A stretch of DNA of 64,000 nt from positions 2,433 through 66,432 of the forward strand of contig CACJOY010000005.1 in the NCBI GenBank assembly GCA_902595125.1, given 5' to 3'. The notes beneath the pieces were generated by a model. It was not told the DNA's origin and made no database searches. It worked only from the letters and a program-made list of their open reading frames with translations. Origin of the DNA: an uncultured Pelagibacteraceae bacterium. GTDB taxonomy: Bacteria; Pseudomonadota; Alphaproteobacteria; Pelagibacterales; Pelagibacteraceae. A program made the translations under genes and the position numbers. Within the stretch, counting starts at the first letter, position 1. Each line of letters opens with the position of its first letter. Positions 19,485 to 29,236 of this stretch are shown in pieces.

Positions 19485-20894
19485 ATGAATAATTCTTATA
19501 AAAATAAAAAATTAAACGCTAATGAGTTAGATTGGAATTTAATCCAGAATGATTTGCGGAATAACTTAGGAAAAGATATTTATGAAAGTTGGCTAAAAAA
19601 AATAAGTTTTGTAGAAGAATTAAATAATTATCTAATATTATCTGTACCAACAAGATTTATAAGGGATTGGATTACTTCTAGGTACTTAGACCAAATTTTA
19701 CAATTAATAAAAAATTATAAGAAGGATTTGATAAGAATAGAATTTAAAATTGATGAAAAAATTGACAACAAAGAAATCAATATTAAGGAATTTAATAAAA
19801 AAGAAAGTGTAGAAAATATTTCTTTTATAAAAGATTCTTATCTTCAGTATAATCGTATAGATCCAAATAAAAGGTTTGACAACTTTATCATTGGATCAAG
19901 TAATAAATTAGCTTATGAAGCTTCTTTAAAAGTTTCAGAAAATATTTCTCATTATAATCCACTTTATATTTATGGAGGTGTGGGAATGGGAAAAACACAT
20001 TTATTAAATTCTATTGGTTTTGAATTGAAAAAAAATAATAAAGTAATGTTTATTTCTGCAGAACGTTTTATGTATCAATTTGTAAAATCAATTAAATCAA
20101 ACGAAATGGTTAAATTTAAAGAGTATTTCAGAAATACAGACGTTTTATTAATTGACGACATACAGTTTATGAACGGAAAAGAAGCAATGCAAGAGGAGTT
20201 TTTTCATACTTTTAATGCATTAATTGATAAAGGATCACAAATAATTCTTTCTGCTGATAGAGCACCAAATAAACTGTCTCGTATTCAAGAAAGAATTAAA
20301 TCTAGATTTTCTGGTGGCCTAGTTGTTGATATTCAGAAACCAGATTATGACTTAAGAAAAAAAATTGTTGAAAAAAAAACTGACGAATTAAGCAGCTTGT
20401 ATCCTGACAAATTAAAAATTTCGAAAGAAATTCAGGATTTTATTAGCACTGAAATCTCAGCAAGCGTTAGAGAGCTCACAGGTGCAATCAATAGGATAGT
20501 TTCTTTTTCTAGAATTTATAATAAAATTCCAAATTTAGCTGAAACAAAAATAGTTCTAAAAGACTTATTAAATCTCTCAGAAAATAAAGTTACAATCGAT
20601 TTAATCCAAACTTTGGTTTGTAAATATTTTAAAATAAGTAAAAATGAAATGCTATCATCACGTAGATCAAGATATTTGGTTAGACCACGACAGACTGCTA
20701 TCTATTTAACTAAAATCTTAACATCAAAATCACTGCCTGAAATTGGAAGAGAATTCTCCAATAGGGATCATACCACAATAATACATTCCGTAAAAACCAT
20801 TGAAAAACTCAAGGAAAATGATTCCTCAATGGTTGATAGTATAAACAAGTTAAAAAATCAGATCTTATATAATAATAAAGAAAATGAAATTTAA
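19485..20894 (+). CDS. dnaA: Chromosomal replication initiator DnaA
   Basis: NPLYIYGGVGMGKTHLL, LLIDDIQF, QEEFFHTFN, RPRQ.AIYL, RDHTTIIH. Confidence 0.99.
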   Translation: MNNSYKNKKLNANELDWNLIQNDLRNNLGKDIYESWLKKISFVEELNNYLILSVPTRFIRDWITSRYLDQILQLIKNYKKDLIRIEFKIDEKIDNKEINIKEFNKKESVENISFIKDSYLQYNRIDPNKRFDNFIIGSSNKLAYEASLKVSENISHYNPLYIYGGVGMGKTHLLNSIGFELKKNNKVMFISAERFMYQFVKSIKSNEMVKFKEYFRNTDVLLIDDIQFMNGKEAMQEEFFHTFNALIDKGSQIILSADRAPNKLSRIQERIKSRFSGGLVVDIQKPDYDLRKKIVEKKTDELSSLYPDKLKISKEIQDFISTEISASVRELTGAINRIVSFSRIYNKIPNLAETKIVLKDLLNLSENKVTIDLIQTLVCKYFKISKNEMLSSRRSRYLVRPRQTAIYLTKILTSKSLPEIGREFSNRDHTTIIHSVKTIEKLKENDSSMVDSINKLKNQILYNNKENEI

Positions 20895-21996
20895 TATTAA
20901 TCAACAAGATTTACAACAAGCATTAAACTATTGTCAGGGCGTAATTGAAAAAAGAAGCACTCTTCCAATATTGTCAAATATATTACTTGATGTTCAAAGC
21001 ACCAAGTTAACTATTACCGCTACTGATTTGGATCTAATTTTTATTCATCAATTAGAAAATATTGAAGTTCTAGAGGAAGGCAAAACTACTACAACTTCAT
21101 CAATTATGTATGATATTATAAGAAAGTTTACCTCAGGTAAAAAAATCAATTTAACTTTGACTGACTCAAGTAAATTACATTTAGAGTCTGAAAAATCAAT
21201 TTTTAATTTAAATTGCATAAATGCTTCAGAATTTCCTTTGACAGATGAAAATTTTAATGAGAACGAATTTTCAATAAAATCAAAACAATTATTAAAATTA
21301 CTTAATAAATGTAAATTTTCTGTTTCAAATGATGAAACAAGACATTATTTAAGTGGGATTTATATTCATCAAACAGAGGTAGAAGATAAAAATTATTTAA
21401 CAGCAGTTGCAACTGATAGTCACAGAATGTCGATCTCAAAGATAAGATTAGATCAAAAGATAAACTTTGATCCAGTCATTTTACCCAAAAAAACTATTTT
21501 TCAACTATCCTCTTTATTAGAGAATTATGATGGAGAAGTTAAAATTTCAAATGTAAAGTCCAAAATAAAATTTGAATTAAATAACAGTATATTAATTTCT
21601 AAATTAATTGATGGAAAATTTCCAAATTATATTCAGGTTATTCCAAAGAACAATCAAAAAAAATTAGAAGTGGGGTTAAAAATTTTTTTAGACTCTGTAG
21701 ATAGAGTTGCTTCTGTATCTTTGGATAAAAAAGATGGAGTTAAATTTAATCTCACAAAAGATACTTTGAATTTATCAGTGAATAATACAAATAGTGGAGA
21801 TGGAAAAGAGACAATAATTGTAAATTTTGAACATGATTTAGAAATTAGCTTCAATTCTAGATATTTAATTGATGTTGCGTCACAAATTGATGGTGAAAAG
21901 ATAGAAATTTTTTTAAATGACACTGGCTCACCTGCTTTAATAAAAGATCCAGGTGATTTTGATAGTATTTATGTAGTAATGCCAATGAAAGGTTAA
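20884..21996 (+). CDS. dnaN: DNA polymerase III beta sliding clamp
   Basis: STLPILSNILL, ATDLD, DETRHYLSG, ATDSHR, LIDGKFPNY, VVMPMK. Confidence 0.98.
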   Translation: MKFNINQQDLQQALNYCQGVIEKRSTLPILSNILLDVQSTKLTITATDLDLIFIHQLENIEVLEEGKTTTTSSIMYDIIRKFTSGKKINLTLTDSSKLHLESEKSIFNLNCINASEFPLTDENFNENEFSIKSKQLLKLLNKCKFSVSNDETRHYLSGIYIHQTEVEDKNYLTAVATDSHRMSISKIRLDQKINFDPVILPKKTIFQLSSLLENYDGEVKISNVKSKIKFELNNSILISKLIDGKFPNYIQVIPKNNQKKLEVGLKIFLDSVDRVASVSLDKKDGVKFNLTKDTLNLSVNNTNSGDGKETIIVNFEHDLEISFNSRYLIDVASQIDGEKIEIFLNDTGSPALIKDPGDFDSIYVVMPMKG

Positions 21997-22703
21997 TTCA
22001 ACAAGTCTAGTTCTGAGTAAATATTATTTTCTAAAATTTTGAGAAATTCATCCTTAGAGAGATCAGCTGATATAGGTTTTAAGATTGATATTGTAATCGA
22101 TTTGTGGCTCTGATTAATTCCAGTTTTGGGCCAAACATATCCAGAGTTTATTGCTATCGGTTGACAGGAAATTTTTAATTTTTCATATATTTTTGATGCA
22201 CCTTTTTTAAATGGTGGCCTTTCATGCGGTAAAACTCTTGTACCCTGAGGAAAAATAATTATAGGTCTATTAGTAATGGAAATTGCTTGAGAAATATTTT
22301 CATAAAAATCAAGATTACTTTTTGAAATTTTATTTCTTTTAATTGATATAGATCCAATTTTTTTTAAATACCATCCAAATAAGGGAACAAAAAGTAATTC
22401 TTTTTTTAATATGAAAATTGGCGAGTTAAAAAGTGTTTGTAAGTAAAATGTTTCAAACATTGATTGGTGAGATGAGGCAATAAAAAATTTTTGATTAAGT
22501 ATAATATTTTCTTTTCCTTTTACTGTAATTTTAGTAGATAAAAAAAAGTTTAAACAAAAACCAGTCCAATAACCCATTAACTTGCCACCATAAAGTGCTA
22601 TTTTTTGAGGTAGAAAAAATGAAGGTATAAATAAAAGGGAAATAACAACAATTCCTGTAAAAAAGAAAATTAAAAATATCGATTTTTTTATCATTCCTAT
22701 CAA
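21993..22703 (-). CDS. plsC: 1-acyl-sn-glycerol-3-phosphate acyltransferase
   Basis: HQSMFET (Hx4D-like), ILKKEL, IFPQGTR, PFKKG. Confidence 0.88.
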   Translation of the reverse strand: MIGMIKKSIFLIFFFTGIVVISLLFIPSFFLPQKIALYGGKLMGYWTGFCLNFFLSTKITVKGKENIILNQKFFIASSHQSMFETFYLQTLFNSPIFILKKELLFVPLFGWYLKKIGSISIKRNKISKSNLDFYENISQAISITNRPIIIFPQGTRVLPHERPPFKKGASKIYEKLKISCQPIAINSGYVWPKTGINQSHKSITISILKPISADLSKDEFLKILENNIYSELDLLN

Positions 22704-22706
22704 AAG

Positions 22707-23921
22707 CTATAGAAAATCTTTATGCTTTTGTCTTTTTCTAATAACTTTTATTTTTGATCCATTAATTAATAATTCTGGAGGTTTTGGTCTCATGTTATAG
22801 TTTGAGCTTAAAGACATACCATAAGCACCTACATCACATATTACTATAAGATCTTTTTCTTTAATTTCTTGAAATTTATTTAAACTTGAAAATTTATCAG
22901 TGCTTTCACAAATAGGTCCAACAAATTCGTAGGATTTTTTTATTTTTTTTCTTATTCTAATAGAGGGTAATGTTTTATGAGAAGCTCCGTATAAAGCAGG
23001 CCTCATGAAATCGTTCATAGCAGCATCAAGAATTACAAAATTTTTTTCTTTATTTTTTTTAATATAAATTACTTTAGAAACCAAAATGCCAGTATTTCCA
23101 ATTATAGATCTACCTGGCTCAAAAATGACTTTAGATTTATGTTTTTTTAAAAATTTTTCAATTTCTTTACTATATCTATTGTAATTAAGTTTCTTGTCTT
23201 TTTCATCATAAGAAATACCCATACCTCCACCTAAATCAATAAATTCAAATTTGTGATTACTTTTATCAATAATTTTATCTACAACTTTAAGCATTTTTTC
23301 ATAAGGTCTATTATCTAAAATTTGACTTCCAATATGAACACTTAGACATATTGGTTTCAAATTATTTGAAATTTTACAATAATTTATAAGTTCCAAAAAT
23401 TCTTTTTCATTTACACCAAATTTATTTTCTTTTTTCCCTGTCGAAATCTGATTTAAAGTTTTTGCGTCTGTATTTGGGTTGAGCCTTATACCAATTTGTA
23501 CCTTTTTGCCTTTTAATTTACCGACACGATTAATCTCCTGGATTTCACTTTTTGACTCAGCGTTAATTAGTAATATATTTTTATCTATTGCAAAACTAAT
23601 CTCTTTAGATGTTTTGCCAACTCCAGAAAAAACAATTTTTTTTGGATTAATCCCTGCTTTTAAAGCAATCATTAATTCACCCATTGAAACAACATCAGCA
23701 CCTAGTCCAAACTTTTTAATCTCTTTAATTAAACTTACATTAGTATTTGATTTAATAGCAAAACATATTAGAGGAGAAAAAGATTTAAAACTCTTTTTAA
23801 AATTAACAATATTTTTTTTTAACTGATTATGCGAATAACAATAAGAAGGGGTACCAAATCTCTTTGCTATATTTTGAATACTTATTTTTTCAATTGTTAG
23901 TTTATTTTTAATATATTTCAT
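22707..23921 (-). CDS. lysA: Diaminopimelate decarboxylase
   Basis: FAIKSN, HIGSQI, DLGGG, FEPGR, GPICESTD, GAYG.S.SSNYN. Confidence 0.97.
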   Translation of the reverse strand: MKYIKNKLTIEKISIQNIAKRFGTPSYCYSHNQLKKNIVNFKKSFKSFSPLICFAIKSNTNVSLIKEIKKFGLGADVVSMGELMIALKAGINPKKIVFSGVGKTSKEISFAIDKNILLINAESKSEIQEINRVGKLKGKKVQIGIRLNPNTDAKTLNQISTGKKENKFGVNEKEFLELINYCKISNNLKPICLSVHIGSQILDNRPYEKMLKVVDKIIDKSNHKFEFIDLGGGMGISYDEKDKKLNYNRYSKEIEKFLKKHKSKVIFEPGRSIIGNTGILVSKVIYIKKNKEKNFVILDAAMNDFMRPALYGASHKTLPSIRIRKKIKKSYEFVGPICESTDKFSSLNKFQEIKEKDLIVICDVGAYGMSLSSNYNMRPKPPELLINGSKIKVIRKRQKHKDFL

Positions 23922-24049
23922 TAAGCATTGTTTTTAATTAAGATTTGCACATTATTTTTTTTGGATTTTTTATACTCAGGATCTCCTTTTTTTCCACAAG
24001 AAAAAATTATGCAGCTCAATAACAAAGTTAATAGTATTTTTTTACTCAT
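23921..24049 (-). CDS. lptM: Small lipoprotein, LptM/YifL (LPAM_2) family, 42 aa; not in ORF track
   Basis: Hand translation MSKKILLTLLLSCIIFSCGKKGDPEYKKSKKNNVQILIKNNA*. Lipobox-like FSC followed by GKKG; ATGA overlap with argH and TAATG overlap with lysA. Confidence 0.72.
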   Translation of the reverse strand: MSKKILLTLLLSCIIFSCGKKGDPEYKKSKKNNVQILIKNNA

Positions 24050-25437
24050 ATTTGTTTTCTATATTTAATTATCATTTTTTTAATATTATCAAAAGATGTT
24101 CCGCCATATGATTTCTTAGAATTAACAGAATTCTTTAAATCAAACACTTTTAAAACATCATTTGTAAGTTTTGGTTCAAACTTTCTTAATTCTTCCATGG
24201 AAAGTTCACCAAGTTTTCTTTTTTTCTTTTCAGCAAAATTTATTATTGAGGCTGTTATTTCATAGGCCTTTCTAAATGACAATGAATGATTTTTAACAAG
24301 ATAGTCTGCTAGGTCTGTCGCCGTAGTGTAACCGGTATTAGCTAGCTCTAACATAATTTTTTTATTAGGAGTACAATTTTTTAAAATTTCATTAAAAATT
24401 TTAAGACAATTTACCAGTGTATCATTGGTATCAAAAATAAGCTTTTTGTCGTCTTGAAGATCTTTAAAATATGATAATGGAAGTCCCTTTAATATAGTTA
24501 ACATTGAAAATAAATTACCATACGCACTTCCTGTTTTACCTCTTAAGTATTCAAGAAGATCTGGATTTTTTTTTTGAGGCATTATTGACGAGCCAGTTAC
24601 TATTTTGTCAGACAAATTTATTAGCTTGAAACCATCTGAATTCCATATAATCAATTCCTCTGCTATTCGAGAAATATGCATTGAACAGACTGAGGCATTA
24701 TATAAAAAATCTAAAACAAAATCTCGATCAGAGACTGTATCAATTGAATTATTAGTTGGTTTTTTAAATCCAAGTTTTTTACTTGTATAATTTCTATCTA
24801 TGTTGAAAGAAGTTCCTGTTAAAGCTGCAACACCTAACGGATTTTCATCAAGATTATTTAAAGCATGATTAAATTTTTTTTTATCTCTTTCAAACATTTC
24901 TACATAAGCCAATAGATAGTGTGCAAAAGAAACTGGTTGCGCGTTTTTAAGGTGTGTAAAGCCAGGCATTATAGTATCTATATTTTTTGATGCTAAGTTT
25001 AATGTGCTATGAATAATTTTATTTATTAATATGTTTATTTCTTTGATTGAGGATCTTATCCAAATTTTAAAATCTGTTATAACTTGGTCATTTCTTGAAC
25101 GACCAGTATGAATATATCCCGCTTCTTCGCCTATAATTTGAAAAAGTCTTTTTTCAATATTGATATGTATATCTTCATAATTTTGGTTAAACTCAAATTT
25201 TTTGTTTGAAATTTCTTTTTCTATTTTACTCAAACCATAAATAATTTTATTTTTAATTTTAAATGAGATAATTTTTTGTTTAAATAACATTTCCACATGA
25301 GCTATTGACCCAGCAATATCTTCTTTATAAAGTCTTTTATCTACATTTAAAGAATTACCAAATTTAAGCAAACTTTGAGACATATTACTCTTTATTCTGG
25401 TGCCCCATATTGCTCTGTTGTTTTTATTTTTTGTCAT
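24046..25437 (-). CDS. argH: Argininosuccinate lyase
   Basis: EDIH, HTGRSRNDQ, MPGFTHL..AQP, GSSIMPQKKNPD. Confidence 0.98.
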   Translation of the reverse strand: MTKNKNNRAIWGTRIKSNMSQSLLKFGNSLNVDKRLYKEDIAGSIAHVEMLFKQKIISFKIKNKIIYGLSKIEKEISNKKFEFNQNYEDIHINIEKRLFQIIGEEAGYIHTGRSRNDQVITDFKIWIRSSIKEINILINKIIHSTLNLASKNIDTIMPGFTHLKNAQPVSFAHYLLAYVEMFERDKKKFNHALNNLDENPLGVAALTGTSFNIDRNYTSKKLGFKKPTNNSIDTVSDRDFVLDFLYNASVCSMHISRIAEELIIWNSDGFKLINLSDKIVTGSSIMPQKKNPDLLEYLRGKTGSAYGNLFSMLTILKGLPLSYFKDLQDDKKLIFDTNDTLVNCLKIFNEILKNCTPNKKIMLELANTGYTTATDLADYLVKNHSLSFRKAYEITASIINFAEKKKRKLGELSMEELRKFEPKLTNDVLKVFDLKNSVNSKKSYGGTSFDNIKKMIIKYRKQI

Positions 25438-25461
25438 GATAATTAGTTATACCTATTTAAC

Positions 25462-25971
25462 ATGAGATTTTTAATATTATTTATATTTTTAATGTCGAAT
25501 TCTTTTGCGAATGAAGTTATCGATATAAAAAATCTCGTAATCAATAAAAAATTAAAAAAATATGATGGTTTAACGTTTTTTAACGATAAAAATGAGCAAT
25601 TAAATCTTAAAGAATTCAAGGGAAAATTAGTTATCTTAAATTTCTGGGCTACTTGGTGTGCTCCCTGTAAAGAGGAGATGCCCTCTCTAGATTTATTACA
25701 AACACATGAAAATTTAGACAACCTTAAAATATTTCCGATTAATGTAGGGAAAGATGGAGTTGAAAAATCAGTTTCTTTTTTTGAGGATTTGCAAATTAAA
25801 AATCTAGAAATTTATTTTGATCCTCCAATAACTTTAGCAAAAAAATTTAGTTTAAGAGGAATTCCAACATCAATTTTATTTGATAAAGATGGTTTAGAAT
25901 TTGCTAGAATTATTGGTTCAATAGATTTTGGAGATGAAAATTTTATTAAATGGCTAAGTAATTATAATTAG
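25462..25971 (+). CDS. tlpA: TlpA/ResA-family thiol:disulfide oxidoreductase
   Basis: LNFWATWCAPCKEEMPSL; divergent from argH as in other Alphaproteobacteria. Confidence 0.88.
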   Translation: MRFLILFIFLMSNSFANEVIDIKNLVINKKLKKYDGLTFFNDKNEQLNLKEFKGKLVILNFWATWCAPCKEEMPSLDLLQTHENLDNLKIFPINVGKDGVEKSVSFFEDLQIKNLEIYFDPPITLAKKFSLRGIPTSILFDKDGLEFARIIGSIDFGDENFIKWLSNYN

Positions 25972-26171
25972 TTCTTAAAAAAATATGCAAAACTTACTAG
26001 AGCTATAATTGCAATAAATTGTAATAAAACTCTTAATTGCATCAATTTATTTGAATATTTTTTACTGGTTTCTCCACCTTTAAATAATGTACCTATACCG
26101 AGTATAAGAACAACACCGACACCTATCAATAAAGTTATTGATAATATTTTTACTAATATTTCAGTGATCAT
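25968..26171 (-). CDS. HIG1-like twin-transmembrane small protein
   Basis: Two hydrophobic helices with SNKLMQLRVLLQF signature. Confidence 0.85.
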   Translation of the reverse strand: MITEILVKILSITLLIGVGVVLILGIGTLFKGGETSKKYSNKLMQLRVLLQFIAIIALVSFAYFFKN

Positions 26172-26220
26172 TATTGTATTGTAAGTTGTTTTAAAAATAA
26201 AAAAACATAAATCATAATGT

Positions 26221-26886
26221 ATGACATTTTGTCTAGAATCAACCTTAATTAAACCAGAAAAAAATGTAAAGATTCAAAGTGCAGTTATTTTATTACATGG
26301 TTATGGAGGAGATGGAAAAGATATAAGCATGTTGTCTTTGAATTGGAAAAGGCATTTACCAAATACAATATTTATTTGTCCAAATGGACATGAAAAATGT
26401 CCAATCAATCCATCTGGATATCAATGGTTTGATTTAACCAAAGATAATTCTGAATATATTTTGAATGAAACTAAAAAAGCAGAAAAAAAGTTAAATGTAT
26501 TCATTCAGGAGGTTAAAAAAGAATTTAATTTAGAAAATAATAAAATTTGTTTATCTGGATTTAGTCAGGGCTGTATGATGTCTATAAATTTAGGGTTAAT
26601 TTCAGATCAAGAATATGGATGTATTGTTGGATTTTCAGGGAAAATTATCAATCAAGAAGATTTAAAATCTAGAAAAAAAGTTTCAACTCCTACTTTACTT
26701 GTTCACGGTGACTCTGATCAAGTAGTATCACCTAATTTTATGTTAGAAGCAAAAGATTTTTTTATTAGAAACAAAGTTAAAATAGAAACTCATTTAATTG
26801 AAAACTGCGACCATCATATTCCTATCGAAGCATCAAGTATTGCATTAGATTATATTAAAAAAAATTTAATGTTTACAAAATATTGA
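26221..26886 (+). CDS. Phospholipase/carboxylesterase (alpha/beta hydrolase)
   Basis: LHGYG, QWF, GFSQG nucleophile elbow, HGDSD, DHHI. Confidence 0.9.
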   Translation: MTFCLESTLIKPEKNVKIQSAVILLHGYGGDGKDISMLSLNWKRHLPNTIFICPNGHEKCPINPSGYQWFDLTKDNSEYILNETKKAEKKLNVFIQEVKKEFNLENNKICLSGFSQGCMMSINLGLISDQEYGCIVGFSGKIINQEDLKSRKKVSTPTLLVHGDSDQVVSPNFMLEAKDFFIRNKVKIETHLIENCDHHIPIEASSIALDYIKKNLMFTKY

Positions 26887-26917
26887 AATAAAGATTTAAT
26901 TGAGTTAGAAATAAGCA

Positions 26918-27487
26918 ATGAATAATTTTATTGAACAGGGTCTTTCTTTAGAAAAATGTCCAGCATTAGTTTTGAATGCAGATTATAGACCATTAAGTTA
27001 CTATCCATTATCATTATGGTCATGGCAAGATACTGTCAAATCGGTATTTCTAGATAGAGTTATTATAGTAAGCACCTATGACAGAGTTGTAAGAAGTCCA
27101 TCATTTAATATGGAATTACCAAGTGTTATTGCTTTAAAAGATTATATTGTTCCTCAGTCAAGACCAAGCTTTACAAGATTTAATGTTTTTTTAAGAGATA
27201 AGTTTTCTTGTCAATATTGTGGGAGTGGAGATGAACTAACATTTGATCATTTACTACCTAGGTCCAAAGGTGGAGAAACAAACTGGGATAATGTTGTGAC
27301 AGCTTGCTCCTCTTGCAATGTAAAGAAAGGTGGAAAATTATTGAAATCATCTGGTATGAATCTTACTCAATATCCTTTTCAACCCTCCACAGAAGATTTG
27401 CATCGTAATGGTAAAAATTTTCCCCCAAATTATTTACATAAAAGTTGGATGGATTATTTATATTGGGATGTCGAATTAGAGGCTTAA
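26918..27487 (+). CDS. HNH endonuclease (conserved alphaproteobacterial McrA-like family)
   Basis: LVLNADYRPL, NVFLRD, CQYCG, TFDHLLPRSKGG, NVVTACSSCN. Confidence 0.9.
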   Translation: MNNFIEQGLSLEKCPALVLNADYRPLSYYPLSLWSWQDTVKSVFLDRVIIVSTYDRVVRSPSFNMELPSVIALKDYIVPQSRPSFTRFNVFLRDKFSCQYCGSGDELTFDHLLPRSKGGETNWDNVVTACSSCNVKKGGKLLKSSGMNLTQYPFQPSTEDLHRNGKNFPPNYLHKSWMDYLYWDVELEA

Positions 27488-27490
27488 GAC

Positions 27491-28021
27491 TTATACTTTT
27501 TCCGAAATACGAATTGCTATTTTTGAACCTGTTTTAATAATTTTATCCATAATTGAATAAAGTCCTTTTTTTGAAGCACCTTCTTCATAAGCTATATCCT
27601 TATGATGAAGTTCATCTTGTCTAAACTTAGTTATCTTTTTTTTTAATTCCTTTTCTTCCGGGCCCAATTGATTGATTTGACTTAAATAATGTTTGTCAAT
27701 TACCTCTTCAACCGATGCGGTACATAGCATCGCTGCTTTTTTTCCTAATAAAGTCGATCCAAACCCTAAGCCTATACCTAATAAATCCCATAAAGGTAAA
27801 AATTTTGTTGGTTCAATATTCCTTTTTTTAATTTCACTTTCAAAAAATTGACAATGTTCTATCTCATGCACTTTCATATCTTCTATAGTTTTTTTCAAAT
27901 CATCATTTTTAATAATTGTATTTAAAGCTAATAATTGACCTTCATAAATTTTTACAGCACCTCTCTCACCAGCATGGTCAACTCTAATAAACTCCTCAAC
28001 TTTAATATCTGTTTTTTTCAT
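27491..28021 (-). CDS. coq7: Demethoxyubiquinone hydroxylase (Coq7, di-iron)
   Basis: RVDHAGERGA..IY.GQ, E.EH, VEEVI..HY, DEL.H. Confidence 0.92.
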   Translation of the reverse strand: MKKTDIKVEEFIRVDHAGERGAVKIYEGQLLALNTIIKNDDLKKTIEDMKVHEIEHCQFFESEIKKRNIEPTKFLPLWDLLGIGLGFGSTLLGKKAAMLCTASVEEVIDKHYLSQINQLGPEEKELKKKITKFRQDELHHKDIAYEEGASKKGLYSIMDKIIKTGSKIAIRISEKV

Positions 28022-28490
28022 AAATTATAAAAACTTTTGATAAGATAGAAATAAATAATAAACTTATTAGAATATTAATACTTGTTAGTGATAATCCAAA
28101 AATCCTAAATGTCACATCTTTACAGCTAATAATTCTCTCATTTAATTGTTTAAGTAAATCCTCTTTTTCAATGTTTTCAGTAAAATTTTTTACGTTACAA
28201 ACAGCTGATTCTTGAAAAAATCCTTGCTCTATACCGTAATGATATATTGATATTGAAAGAGAAAAAACAGAAGTGAGAATTAATAATAAAATAATAAATT
28301 TCTCACTTTTTTTAAAAACAAATATTATGATTATCAAAATAATACTTAATCCATAGGGAATTCTTTCTATTAAACATAAATTACAAGGTTGATGCCCAAG
28401 AACATGTTCTATAAAATATGCAGAAATTAATGCAACTAAACTAAATAAAAAAATTATTTTTAAGTAAAATTCAGCTTTTAAATTAAACAT
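28002..28490 (-). CDS. dsbB: DsbB-family disulfide bond formation protein
   Basis: QPCNLCLIERIPY, YHYGIE, second Cys pair, transmembrane helices. Confidence 0.85.
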   Translation of the reverse strand: MFNLKAEFYLKIIFLFSLVALISAYFIEHVLGHQPCNLCLIERIPYGLSIILIIIIFVFKKSEKFIILLLILTSVFSLSISIYHYGIEQGFFQESAVCNVKNFTENIEKEDLLKQLNERIISCKDVTFRIFGLSLTSINILISLLFISILSKVFIIYEKNRY

Positions 28491-29088
28491 GGGATTTAAA
28501 AATTAAATAAATTATCATAAAAATAACAACAATTAAGATTCCTAGAATTGTAAACCATTTAGCGCCATGTTCATGCATAAATTTAGTGAATAAATCGCCG
28601 AATTTATAAGATAAGTATGCAACTATGTAAAAACGCAAACCTCTTGAAATTATGCTTATAAAAATAAATATAAAAAAATTAAATCCTATTAGACCACTAG
28701 CTATAGTAAAAACTTTATAAGGAAGAGGAGTAAAACCTGCTAAAAAAAGAATACTCAGCCATGCGTAAAAACCATCACTACTGACCAGATTATTTTTAAT
28801 AATAGACAATTTATCTTCATAGTCGTAAAAGCTCATAATTTTTGATCCAAAATCAAAAAAAAATGCTCCAATAAAATAACCAAGAATACCGCCCAAAACT
28901 GAGAAAATTGTCGTTATAATGAAAATCTTTATAAACTCATTTTTTTTTGAAATTACCATAGGTATGATCATTACGTCTGGGGGAATCGGAAAAAATGAAC
29001 TTTCAATAAAAGAGACAACAGCTAAATATAATTTTGAACTTTTGTGAGCTGCTAATTCTAAACATTTTTTATAAAGATTATTAAACAT
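28483..29088 (-). CDS. YqaA/DedA (VTT-domain) membrane protein
   Basis: SFIESSFFPIPPDVM, SVLGG..GY, FTPLPYKVFTIASG, SRGLRF. Confidence 0.9.
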   Translation of the reverse strand: MFNNLYKKCLELAAHKSSKLYLAVVSFIESSFFPIPPDVMIIPMVISKKNEFIKIFIITTIFSVLGGILGYFIGAFFFDFGSKIMSFYDYEDKLSIIKNNLVSSDGFYAWLSILFLAGFTPLPYKVFTIASGLIGFNFFIFIFISIISRGLRFYIVAYLSYKFGDLFTKFMHEHGAKWFTILGILIVVIFMIIYLIFKSHV

Positions 29089-29147
29089 TTTTTGGTTTTA
29101 TTATAATTTTACTTCTTATACTATTTAATTAATTATTAAATAATTAA

Positions 29148-29232
29148 GGGCGAATGGCGGAACTGGTAGACGCGCACGACTCAAAATCGTGTTTCGCAAG
29201 AAGTGAGAGTTCGATTCTCTCTTCGCCCACCA
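29148..29232 (+). tRNA. tRNA-Leu (CAA)
   Basis: GGGCGAATGGCGGAACTGGTAGACG...; anticodon stem CACGA/TCGTG with loop CTCAAAA; long variable arm; GTTCGA T-loop; ends CCA. Confidence 0.97.
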
Positions 29233-29236
29233 AACT

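Noticed and set aside
26918-27487. HNH endonuclease as a defence system, homing element or RNA-guided nuclease
   Set aside because: It looks like the conserved alphaproteobacterial housekeeping HNH next to a carboxylesterase. There is no methyltransferase, intron, repeat array or room for an associated ncRNA (31 bp and 3 bp flanks).
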